This document shows positions 33,065 through 40,884 of a stretch of 64,000 nucleotides of DNA, one piece after another. Position numbers and translations under genes: made by a program. Under the pieces are notes generated by a model that saw only the letters and a list, made by a program, of their open reading frames with translations, did no database searches and was not told the DNA's origin. Positions within the stretch are counted from its first letter, which is position 1. Each line of letters begins with the position of its first letter. Source of the stretch: a bacterium (GTDB taxonomy: Bacteria > SAR324 > JACQKK01); the NCBI GenBank assembly GCA_965240465.1, contig OZ251219.1, forward strand, positions 1,056,001 through 1,120,000. Reading direction: 5' to 3'.

Positions 33065-33974
33065 TATTCTCGCACTTAGCTACGATATCGGAGGTTCTTG
33101 GTTTAATTTTACGGAATATGCGTCCATCGGCAACAACCAACCCTGATAAGATTATGGACATGCCAATCCATTCACGAACGCTAATCACCTCTTGAAAAAA
33201 TAGTACTCCCATGATGGTAGCAAATATGGGAATCAACATTACCGTCAGTACGGCATTTACTACTCCTGCTTCACGCACCAAGATGAAAAACAGTAAGAAG
33301 GCAATCGCAGATGAAAAAAATCCTAAACTCAACAAAGACAGCACCAGCGTCAAAGAAAATTCAGGCCAGTCGGTATTAGTCCAGAGTACCCACGGCGATA
33401 AGATAATAAAGCTGGTTAGCATCATGCCAGCACAGTTAGCAACATTGTCTATGTGTTTCATGCTATTTCTGATGTACACCCCATTAACCCCATAAAACAT
33501 CACGGCTAGTGTCACTAAAGATCCACCTAGGATGGGATTAGACCCTGCCTCGCCTGTTGCTCCGAACAGCACGATTATCCCTGTTATACCCATCAAGATA
33601 CTCAATAAACGTATGACGGTTATCTTATCATCTGTAGTGAAATAGTGGGCGGCCACCAAAGCAAAAAAAGGAGTAGTGGAATTAAAAACAGCGGTCATGC
33701 TAACACCGATAAAATTCTGCCCCCAAGCAATAAAAGTGACTGGGAGGGCAAAGCCAAATGCTCCTGCCACAAAATAATGACGAAAATTCTGTCGGAGGTT
33801 GAAGGGAATTTTCTTCCACCTCATCCAAGTTATCAAGGTTATAAATGCAATGACAGATCTAATCATCACAATGCTGGAAGGTGGTAATTGCTGAACCACA
33901 ATTTTATTAAACACAAAACTTAACGCCCATAAGAAACTCAGAGTTACCAGCATTATCCAACAACGGGTGTTCAT
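33057..33974 (-). CDS. DMT/EamA family transporter
   Basis: About 10 TM, LWALSF, NSTTPFF, two EamA repeats. Confidence 0.9.
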   Translation of the reverse strand: MNTRCWIMLVTLSFLWALSFVFNKIVVQQLPPSSIVMIRSVIAFITLITWMRWKKIPFNLRQNFRHYFVAGAFGFALPVTFIAWGQNFIGVSMTAVFNSTTPFFALVAAHYFTTDDKITVIRLLSILMGITGIIVLFGATGEAGSNPILGGSLVTLAVMFYGVNGVYIRNSMKHIDNVANCAGMMLTSFIILSPWVLWTNTDWPEFSLTLVLSLLSLGFFSSAIAFLLFFILVREAGVVNAVLTVMLIPIFATIMGVLFFQEVISVREWIGMSIILSGLVVADGRIFRKIKPRTSDIVAKCENIN

Positions 33975-34129
33975 TAAAAATACCTAACAGTTGAGTTAAA
34001 AAAGAGATGTACCCTAAACGGGTTAGCCGTTTTACCAGCTACATGTGCCTCGTTTGGATATATTTCAGTAGAACTAAAGCATACAAGAACTGCATGATTA
34101 CAGCAGTTCCAGTATATGTCAACAGTTGC

Positions 34130-35821
34130 CTAAGGGTCAGGTTTCGCTTTGGTGATCAGAGGAGGATGATTAGTCAGCCATTCAGCAGCAGAAACGATGC
34201 CATCCAGTAGCATAGAGGCAGTAAAGCTACACGAGGGAATACGTTGTATATCTCGGGAAAGCCCATGCCAACTGACTCCCAGAGCAGCAGCCCTCATAGC
34301 AGGCAGTCCTTGAGCGAGTAATCCGCCTAGCATTCCGCTTAAAACATCACCACTGCCTGCGGTAGCAAGGCCTTCATCACCACTAGTATTGATGAGTGCC
34401 GTTCCATCGGGGGCAGCTACCACGGTTGCGGCACCCTTCAGTACCACCACCGCCTGAGTAAGTCGTGCTGCCCAACGTGCCCGATCAATACGCTCCTTTG
34501 CCAAACTGTCTTTGGATATCCCAAACAAGCGACAAAATTCGCCTGCATGAGGAGTAATGATGGTGACTGCCAGTCTATTTTTTAGCAATAGCAGATCAGC
34601 TTTGGTGGTGAAATCCAACGCGTTTAGAGCATCGGCATCCAGCACCAAAGGCAAGGGTGAATGTAGCATGCACCTTACAAACTCGGCTGTTTCCGATGCC
34701 AGACCCAAGCCACAGCCCATTACTAAGGCGTGCCTGTTTGAATCTTGTTTGCCGGCATTTTTTCTAGTGCTAGGGTCGTTAAGGGAGAGAAAATGCTCGG
34801 CATCTGGGGCTTCAAAGTGTTCTATGTTGGTGGTTCGGGGGACAGATGAGGTCATTAGTTCTGGAGCTTGCGATACAAATTTATCCAGCAGAGCCGGTGG
34901 AACGCCCAGAGTGACCAAGCCTGCTCCTACTCTCAAGGCTGCTTGTCCAGCTAGCCATGTAGCTCCTGCCATTCCTTGACTACCTGTTAGACATAGAACC
35001 TTTCCCCTTTCCCATTTGTGGGCTTGGGGTTTTGATTTAGGCATCCAAGTTGCTGCTACCTGTGGAGTAAGTAGCCACAAGGGGGCATCCTTGGGAGACC
35101 ACCAAGCAGGAACTGCGATGGAAACAATTTTAGTACGACCCGCTAGTTCAACTCCCGGGTGTTGATACAAACCGGGCTGGGGCACTTGAAAACAGCAGGT
35201 AAGATCACAACGACAGGCATCCCCCTGCACCATTCCGTTCCATCCGTCCACCCCAGAAGGTATGTCAACCGCCAGCTTAAAAGCAGTAGCCTGATTAAAA
35301 CAGCACACCAATTCTTTAGCATCGCCAGCCAAGGGTTTTTTCAACCCTGTACCAAATAGGGCATCCACCAGCACAGCAGCTTCTTGTATGGTGGACACCA
35401 CCCTGATATGTTCCTCTGGCCATCTCAGGGTCACACCCAAGGCTTGCCAAGCCTTAGCATTGGCTTTAGCCTCAGCAGTTTTTGGGGTTCCCAAAGCAAC
35501 TACCACCGCTCGACCACCGGCATTTACTACCAAACGTGCGGCAGCATAGCCATCACCGCCATTATTGCCAATTCCACAGCAAAAAACCGCAGTCTTAGTA
35601 ACCCGATCACCAACCTTACTGCACTCTGATCCTACCGAGGATAGTTGCTCCATCACCAAGTGCATCACTGCAGTGGCAGCATTTTCCATAAGTAGATATG
35701 CAGATAAACCGTGTCTAGCGACAGCACGCTCATCCATGGTAGCCATTTCCTCTGGCGATGCCAGCCTTATCATAGGTGCTTCCTCCAAAGCTCCAATATA
35801 ATCACTAACTTTTGCTACCAA
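34130..35821 (-). CDS. nnr: Bifunctional NAD(P)HX epimerase/dehydratase
   Basis: LMENAA, GNNGGDG, DALFGTG, VDIPSG, LDADALN, TPHAGEF, ATAGSGDVL. Confidence 0.93.
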   Translation of the reverse strand: MVAKVSDYIGALEEAPMIRLASPEEMATMDERAVARHGLSAYLLMENAATAVMHLVMEQLSSVGSECSKVGDRVTKTAVFCCGIGNNGGDGYAAARLVVNAGGRAVVVALGTPKTAEAKANAKAWQALGVTLRWPEEHIRVVSTIQEAAVLVDALFGTGLKKPLAGDAKELVCCFNQATAFKLAVDIPSGVDGWNGMVQGDACRCDLTCCFQVPQPGLYQHPGVELAGRTKIVSIAVPAWWSPKDAPLWLLTPQVAATWMPKSKPQAHKWERGKVLCLTGSQGMAGATWLAGQAALRVGAGLVTLGVPPALLDKFVSQAPELMTSSVPRTTNIEHFEAPDAEHFLSLNDPSTRKNAGKQDSNRHALVMGCGLGLASETAEFVRCMLHSPLPLVLDADALNALDFTTKADLLLLKNRLAVTIITPHAGEFCRLFGISKDSLAKERIDRARWAARLTQAVVVLKGAATVVAAPDGTALINTSGDEGLATAGSGDVLSGMLGGLLAQGLPAMRAAALGVSWHGLSRDIQRIPSCSFTASMLLDGIVSAAEWLTNHPPLITKAKPDP

Positions 35822-35935
35822 GTACTTCTCCTCCCAAAAAAGCTAGAATGCCAAGTCCTAATAGATAGGCTTGGTATGATGGGGCATCTTATTAAATCAG
35901 CCTCGTCTAGCAAACACGCAAACTCAACTAATCTG

Positions 35936-36235
35936 TCACCATTTGTGAGGCAACAACTCCAGTACCTCTACTCCCATACCATTTTTTGTGTTGACCAACC
36001 GTCCTCTAGCCAACAATCTGCCCTGTGCTAGAATGTCTACCTGTTCGTTGGTAGTGCTTTTAAACTCTAATTCCTTGCCTTCACGCAAGTTAAGCAACTG
36101 CCGAGCCGTCAGTTGAGTTGTTCCTATCACCGCACTCACATTCATAGGTACATTCTCAAAACGACTAAAATTACCAGCTGATTTCCCTCTTTCCCAGCGT
36201 CTTTTTGCCAATTTTTCGCCTAGATTTTCGGTCAT
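35936..36235 (-). CDS. FliN/SpoA-domain protein
   Basis: VPMNVSAVIG, LLNLREG, VDILAQGRLLARGRLV, GVEV. Confidence 0.8.
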   Translation of the reverse strand: MTENLGEKLAKRRWERGKSAGNFSRFENVPMNVSAVIGTTQLTARQLLNLREGKELEFKSTTNEQVDILAQGRLLARGRLVNTKNGMGVEVLELLPHKW

Positions 36236-36466
36236 AACAAGTGGTCTTTCTAATGTTTTTGCAATATATTATTCTCTACGATTGCTAAATAACTCTACTT
36301 AGATTCTATCTACCAGTAATGCTAATATCTTACCATCTTAATCGCCGACTAATTTTTTAAGTAGCTAAAGTAAATAGAAACAAGTTGTTGGCACATTCTC
36401 AGCATGACATATCGTGAAAAATAAGCTCCCTGGACTATTAAATCTCATAAGCAATCAGTAGTACCC

Positions 36467-37153
36467 ATGTCCCCAACCCAACCCAATCTTTACCGACTGG
36501 ATATCAGCCGTCATAGCCTGCTGGTACTGGTGCTGTTGTTGTGTTTTACTGCAGCTCTGCTATTTTACCTCGGTATGGTGACCGGTCTTGCCAAACGGGA
36601 AGCTAATCCTAGCAATACTCCTCCTCGCAACATCACCAGCCGTGACGCCTCCACAGTGCCTAAGCCCAGTACGCTTGCTTTTAACAGTGCTCTACAGCCG
36701 GGCAAAGATACCATAGAACCGCTCTTCACCCAGCGAGCGGCCTCATTCCAACAAACCCAAAAATTGCTACAGCAAGCTAATCAATTACTTGGTATGCAAA
36801 CTACTGATAGTACCTATCGTATTCCAACCTCAACTGTGACGTCACAAACGCCCCCACCGATATCCGACCTGCCCAAAGCCGCCCTGCTAAGCCCAATCCG
36901 AACCACCTCTGCTGAAAATAAGACTACCCTCTACACCCTGCAGGTGTTCTCTTCCACTAAACTTCAATCTGCACAGCAACTAAAAAATAAACTGCGTGAA
37001 CAAGGCTTTAACGCCTATCTGGAAAAATCTATACTGGGAAAGAAAACTTGGCACCGAGTACGAGTAGGTAAACTACCAAAAAAACAAGCACAAGAACTCA
37101 TACCACAACTAAAGCAACGAGATCTCCAGCCTCAGTTGCTGAAAATACCCTAA
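36467..37153 (+). CDS. SPOR-domain membrane protein
   Basis: N-terminal TM, P/T linker, YTLQVFS...WHRVRVG. Confidence 0.85.
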   Translation: MSPTQPNLYRLDISRHSLLVLVLLLCFTAALLFYLGMVTGLAKREANPSNTPPRNITSRDASTVPKPSTLAFNSALQPGKDTIEPLFTQRAASFQQTQKLLQQANQLLGMQTTDSTYRIPTSTVTSQTPPPISDLPKAALLSPIRTTSAENKTTLYTLQVFSSTKLQSAQQLKNKLREQGFNAYLEKSILGKKTWHRVRVGKLPKKQAQELIPQLKQRDLQPQLLKIP

Positions 37154-37203
37154 AAGATTGCATCATTCCTGAAGCCCATACACATTTGTAGAGTGTCATA
37201 AGA

Positions 37204-37234
37204 TGATCTGGAAAGGATATTCCTCTCCAGATCA
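37204..37234. terminator. Hairpin between convergent SPOR and hsp20 genes
   Basis: TGATCTGGA...TCCAGATCA inverted repeat. Confidence 0.6.
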
Positions 37235-37256
37235 GCAAAAGGGCTTTTATGGTAGG

Positions 37257-37682
37257 TTATTCGGCCTTAATTCTGGCTTGATTAACCTTGATTTCTCGTG
37301 GAGTGGCTTCTGGCAGTTTAGGGAGTTCCAATTTTAGCACTCCGTATTCAAGGCGGGCAGATATGTTTGCTTCGTCCACCAATTCGCCAAGGCGGAAATT
37401 ACGTTGAAATTCTCCGTAGCAGCGTTCGGAGCGGTACATGCCATTTTCTTCTATTTGAGTCTCTTTTTTATTTCCAGAGATAATTAAAATTCCCTCTTTG
37501 ATTTCCACTTTGATGTCCTTGGCAGCTAAGCCTGGCATCTCTGCGGTAACCACCAGATGGGATTTTTCGTTGTAGATATCCACTTTAGGAATGAAAACAT
37601 TAAGTTGGTCTGCCTCAGGGGTTTTGAAAAAATCTCCCCACATGGTATCCAGCAAGTTGTTTTTGTGATAAGTAGCTTTCAT
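37257..37682 (-). CDS. Small heat shock protein (Hsp20)
   Basis: PKVDI, AEMPGL, ERCYGEFQRNFRL, GVLKLELPK. Confidence 0.95.
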   Translation of the reverse strand: MKATYHKNNLLDTMWGDFFKTPEADQLNVFIPKVDIYNEKSHLVVTAEMPGLAAKDIKVEIKEGILIISGNKKETQIEENGMYRSERCYGEFQRNFRLGELVDEANISARLEYGVLKLELPKLPEATPREIKVNQARIKAE

Positions 37683-37802
37683 AATAATGTACCTCTCTCA
37701 GAAAGAGCCGTTTTACTAACGACTAAGGACGCTATTTAGGCGTCTGGGAAACAAGGAGAAAAAGCATCTCCGTTTTTACAGGGGGAGAATTTCTCTCCTC
37801 TG

Positions 37803-37829
37803 TTAGCACTATAACCAATAAAGTGCCAA
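37803..37829. promoter_or_regulatory. CIRCE (HrcA operator) upstream of hsp20
   Basis: TTAGCACTA-N9-AAGTGCCAA versus consensus TTAGCACTC-N9-GAGTGCTAA. Confidence 0.8.
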
Positions 37830-37837
37830 CTTGTCAA
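37808..37837 (-). promoter_or_regulatory. Sigma70 promoter of hsp20, overlapping CIRCE
   Basis: Minus-strand TTGACA-N18-TATAGT. Confidence 0.7.
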
Positions 37838-38172
37838 CTACCCAGCAACGCAAATTCTGTAAATATCACAGAACTAGTTGTTATCATTAAGGATAATCAG
37901 GGTGTATATCGTTGTTCCCCCACCGCTAACCATACAAAAATGCACACTGCAAGATACTCCCCAGCTAGCCATCCTAGCTTGTACCTGCTTTCGCCAAAAA
38001 TGGGCTGGATCTTAGAAAAAAAGAGCGAGAGACACTAGCAGTGCCACGGTCAGGATAATGCCAGAGATAATAGTGCCAGATATGCTATCCAACGGATTTT
38101 TCATGTGGTTCTCCATAGGGTTATTGGTAGTAAAAAAAGAGAGGTGCTTAGTGGTGGTGTTTTGTGATGAAT

Positions 38173-38772
38173 TTAACCGCGTAGAAATCGTACAAATGTC
38201 AGCAACCCTACCACTACACCAATGACAAGAATGCTATAAACTCCAGTGAGCGAGCCTTGATAAAACACCCATGGCCCGTGCGGGGAAGCTCCCATAAAAA
38301 ATAGCATTGGGATGGAATACAACGTGTTGAGGCGTGAGGCTAGAAAAGCTGTTCGTCTGTTTTTGGAAACGTCTTGAGAGTTTTTGTTTGCTACGGAAGC
38401 GATGATTAGTTTTTGGTTAGGCCAGATTACAAACCATACATTGAACCACATCAAGCTACCAAGTATTGAACCTATGAGAATATAAATACCGCGAGAGCTG
38501 CTCCAATAAATGCCACCGAAAATAGTATGGTTGATGCACAGCATTATCAGGCCTGCTACAAAGGTAACCATAGCCGCCCAGCGAAACCACCAGAGAGCTG
38601 AAGGTAGCAAATTCAGGGTTACATCCTTCTTAGTTTCATTAGAAGCTTTGGCTAAAAAGGGAACTTGAACAAAATTGAAATAATAAAGGAGCCCAATCCA
38701 GGTAATTCCCGCCAGAAAATGCGTCCAGCGTAGCAGGCCAAACCAGCCATTGATATCAAGTAATTCGTTCAT
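38173..38772 (-). CDS. PuuD/Urate_ox_N-like membrane protein
   Basis: LRWTHFLAGITWIGLLYYFNFVQ, WWFRWAA, MWFNVWFVIWPNQK, SRLNT. Confidence 0.8.
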   Translation of the reverse strand: MNELLDINGWFGLLRWTHFLAGITWIGLLYYFNFVQVPFLAKASNETKKDVTLNLLPSALWWFRWAAMVTFVAGLIMLCINHTIFGGIYWSSSRGIYILIGSILGSLMWFNVWFVIWPNQKLIIASVANKNSQDVSKNRRTAFLASRLNTLYSIPMLFFMGASPHGPWVFYQGSLTGVYSILVIGVVVGLLTFVRFLRG

Positions 38773-39052
38773 GATTTGTTCCTTAGGTTAGGGGGGGTAT
38801 ATGTTGTCTGTTAATGTAGAGAAAAAGTTTGCAGCATAAAACAACTCAGCTAGATAATGTCCGATGCTAATGGTAGATAGATTGTTTTGTCAACAGGCAA
38901 TTGCGAGGTAATTTGTCCTTACTTTTTGGGTGGTACTTTTTCAAACAGTTGACATTGTCCGTTAAAAAAGTTGATTTTTAATGCAATTGAGGGTTAATGG
39001 TACTGGGGGTTTTGTTGTGGCACGCTTGATTAGCTTATTTTTAATGTGATTT

Positions 39053-39586
39053 ATGAAGAATGATATTCACCCTGAGTTAAAATCCACTGAATTTAATTGT
39101 GCATGTGGCAAGAGTTTTACTTCTTTGTCTGTGTTGGGTGGTGGTGTTCACCTGGATATTTGTGCAGCTTGCCATCCTTTTTTCACGGGCAATGAAAAAT
39201 TGCTGGATACCGCCGGACGGATTGAAAGATTCAAGAGTCGTTATGACCGTCCCCAGCCTGTAAAAGATAAAGCTAAACCTAGTAAATCATCGGGTCAGGA
39301 AGCCAGAGAGAAACTGGTGATTAAACCAAAATCTGTTAAAAAACCGCGGTTGCTTTCGCATGGTAGAAATTTGGCTAACAAGGTCGCTAAGAACGCAAAA
39401 ACTGAGAACGCAAAAACTGAGAACGCAAAAGACGAAAAATCCACCACCAATAAACTGCCTCTTGCCGGCAAGACCGTGACACAAACCGTAGTACAAACGG
39501 ATGCGAGTAAAACAGATGAAGACAAGTCCGCGGTATCACAAAAAGATGAAAGCAAACCTGCCACCCTAAATACCGATTCTGCTTAG
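39053..39586 (+). CDS. rpmE: 50S ribosomal protein L31 with long C-terminal extension
   Basis: MKNDIHP, CACG, DICAACHPFFTG, DTAGRIERF. Confidence 0.93.
   Translation: MKNDIHPELKSTEFNCACGKSFTSLSVLGGGVHLDICAACHPFFTGNEKLLDTAGRIERFKSRYDRPQPVKDKAKPSKSSGQEAREKLVIKPKSVKKPRLLSHGRNLANKVAKNAKTENAKTENAKDEKSTTNKLPLAGKTVTQTVVQTDASKTDEDKSAVSQKDESKPATLNTDSA
39391..39430 (+). repeat. 15-bp in-frame tandem repeat (ENAKT units)
   Basis: gaacgcaaaaactga, about 2.7 copies. Confidence 0.9.
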
Positions 39587-39624
39587 AGCGTTTCGATTAG
39601 AGTATTTCGATTAGAGTATTTTGA
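39583..39624 (+). repeat. 14-bp imperfect tandem repeat x3 filling the rpmE-prfA gap
   Basis: ttagagcgtttcga ttagagtatttcga ttagagtattttga. Confidence 0.85.
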
Positions 39625-40697
39625 AAGAACATGTATTATCAGATAAAGCACGGGCAAGGATTCCCGCACTGGAGGAGCGTTATCAGGAGATTTCCCACCA
39701 ATTGGCAGACCCTAGTATCGTATCTGATGCCAAGCGTTTGCGAGATTTAGGTCGGGAGCATGCTACCCTCCAGCCCTTGATTAAAGCTTGGCAGGATTGT
39801 CAGAACCTGCAGGCTGAAGTGGATTCTCATCAGCGTTTGCTGGATGACCAGCATGAAGATGAAGAACTGAAACAGCTGGTAGCAGAAGAACTGCCTCAGC
39901 TAAAAATCCGTCTGGCTACCTGTGAGCAAGAATTGGGCATGCTGCTAGCACCCAAAGACCCTCTCCACGATGCCCATGTCATTTTGGAAGTGCGAGCAGG
40001 GACTGGTGGAGAAGAAGCCTCGTTGTTTGCTGCCGATCTGGTACGTACCTACACTCGCTATGCCGAAAGACAAGGCTGGATTTATGAAAACATCAACCTG
40101 CAAGCCAGTGAGAGCGGTGGCATTAAGGAAGCCTTGTTATCTATTCAAGGCAAAGGTGTTTATGGCAAATTAAAGTACGAAAGCGGTGTACATCGGGTGC
40201 AACGAGTTCCCAGAACCGAATCCCAAGGGCGTATTCATACCTCTGCAGCCACGGTGGTGGTACTACCAGAGGCGGAAGAAGTTCTAGCGGAAATACAGCC
40301 TCAAGATATCCGCATTGATGTGTTTCGCTCATCCGGACCAGGCGGACAAAGTGTCAACACTACCGATTCCGCGGTACGCATCACTCATCTGCCTACCGGC
40401 ATCTCTGCTCAAAGCCAAGATGAAAAATCTCAGCACAAAAATAAGTCCCGGGCTATGAAGGTTTTGCAAGCCCGCCTGTTTGACCGCCTCCAACAAGAAC
40501 AAATACGCCAGCAAAGTGAACAACGCCGCGATATGATCGGATCTGGGGATCGTAGTGAACGCATCCGTACCTATAACTTTCCTCAATCAAGAGTAACTGA
40601 CCATCGCATTGGACTTACCCTACATAAATTGGAAGCTATACTCTCAGGCGATCTGGATGAGCTTATTCAAGCCCTCGCTCAGTACCAGAGCTCCTAG
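39621..40697 (+). CDS. prfA: Peptide chain release factor 1
   Basis: RAGTGGEEA, PRT (PxT) specificity motif, GPGGQSVNTT. Confidence 0.97.
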   Translation: MKEHVLSDKARARIPALEERYQEISHQLADPSIVSDAKRLRDLGREHATLQPLIKAWQDCQNLQAEVDSHQRLLDDQHEDEELKQLVAEELPQLKIRLATCEQELGMLLAPKDPLHDAHVILEVRAGTGGEEASLFAADLVRTYTRYAERQGWIYENINLQASESGGIKEALLSIQGKGVYGKLKYESGVHRVQRVPRTESQGRIHTSAATVVVLPEAEEVLAEIQPQDIRIDVFRSSGPGGQSVNTTDSAVRITHLPTGISAQSQDEKSQHKNKSRAMKVLQARLFDRLQQEQIRQQSEQRRDMIGSGDRSERIRTYNFPQSRVTDHRIGLTLHKLEAILSGDLDELIQALAQYQSS

Positions 40698-40884
40698 CCC
40701 TTGGCATCAATAGTTCAGGAGGAATTACATAAGAACTGGTGGCTTAAAAAGAAACAACTTAAATCTAAAAAGGGGATAACTCTAAATTTTTAGTTTTTCG
40801 TGCAAGCATAGTGATAAATCTTGTGGTACAAACTAGGTAGTGGGTAAATATGTTTTATGGGTATGATTAGACACGGAGGTCTAC

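Noticed and set aside
37823-38038. 71-aa ORF
   Set aside because: It overlaps the hsp20 promoter/CIRCE, has a weak start and shows no motif.
40698-40884. CIRCE upstream of clpB
   Set aside because: No TTAGCACTC-N9-GAGTGCTAA-like site found.
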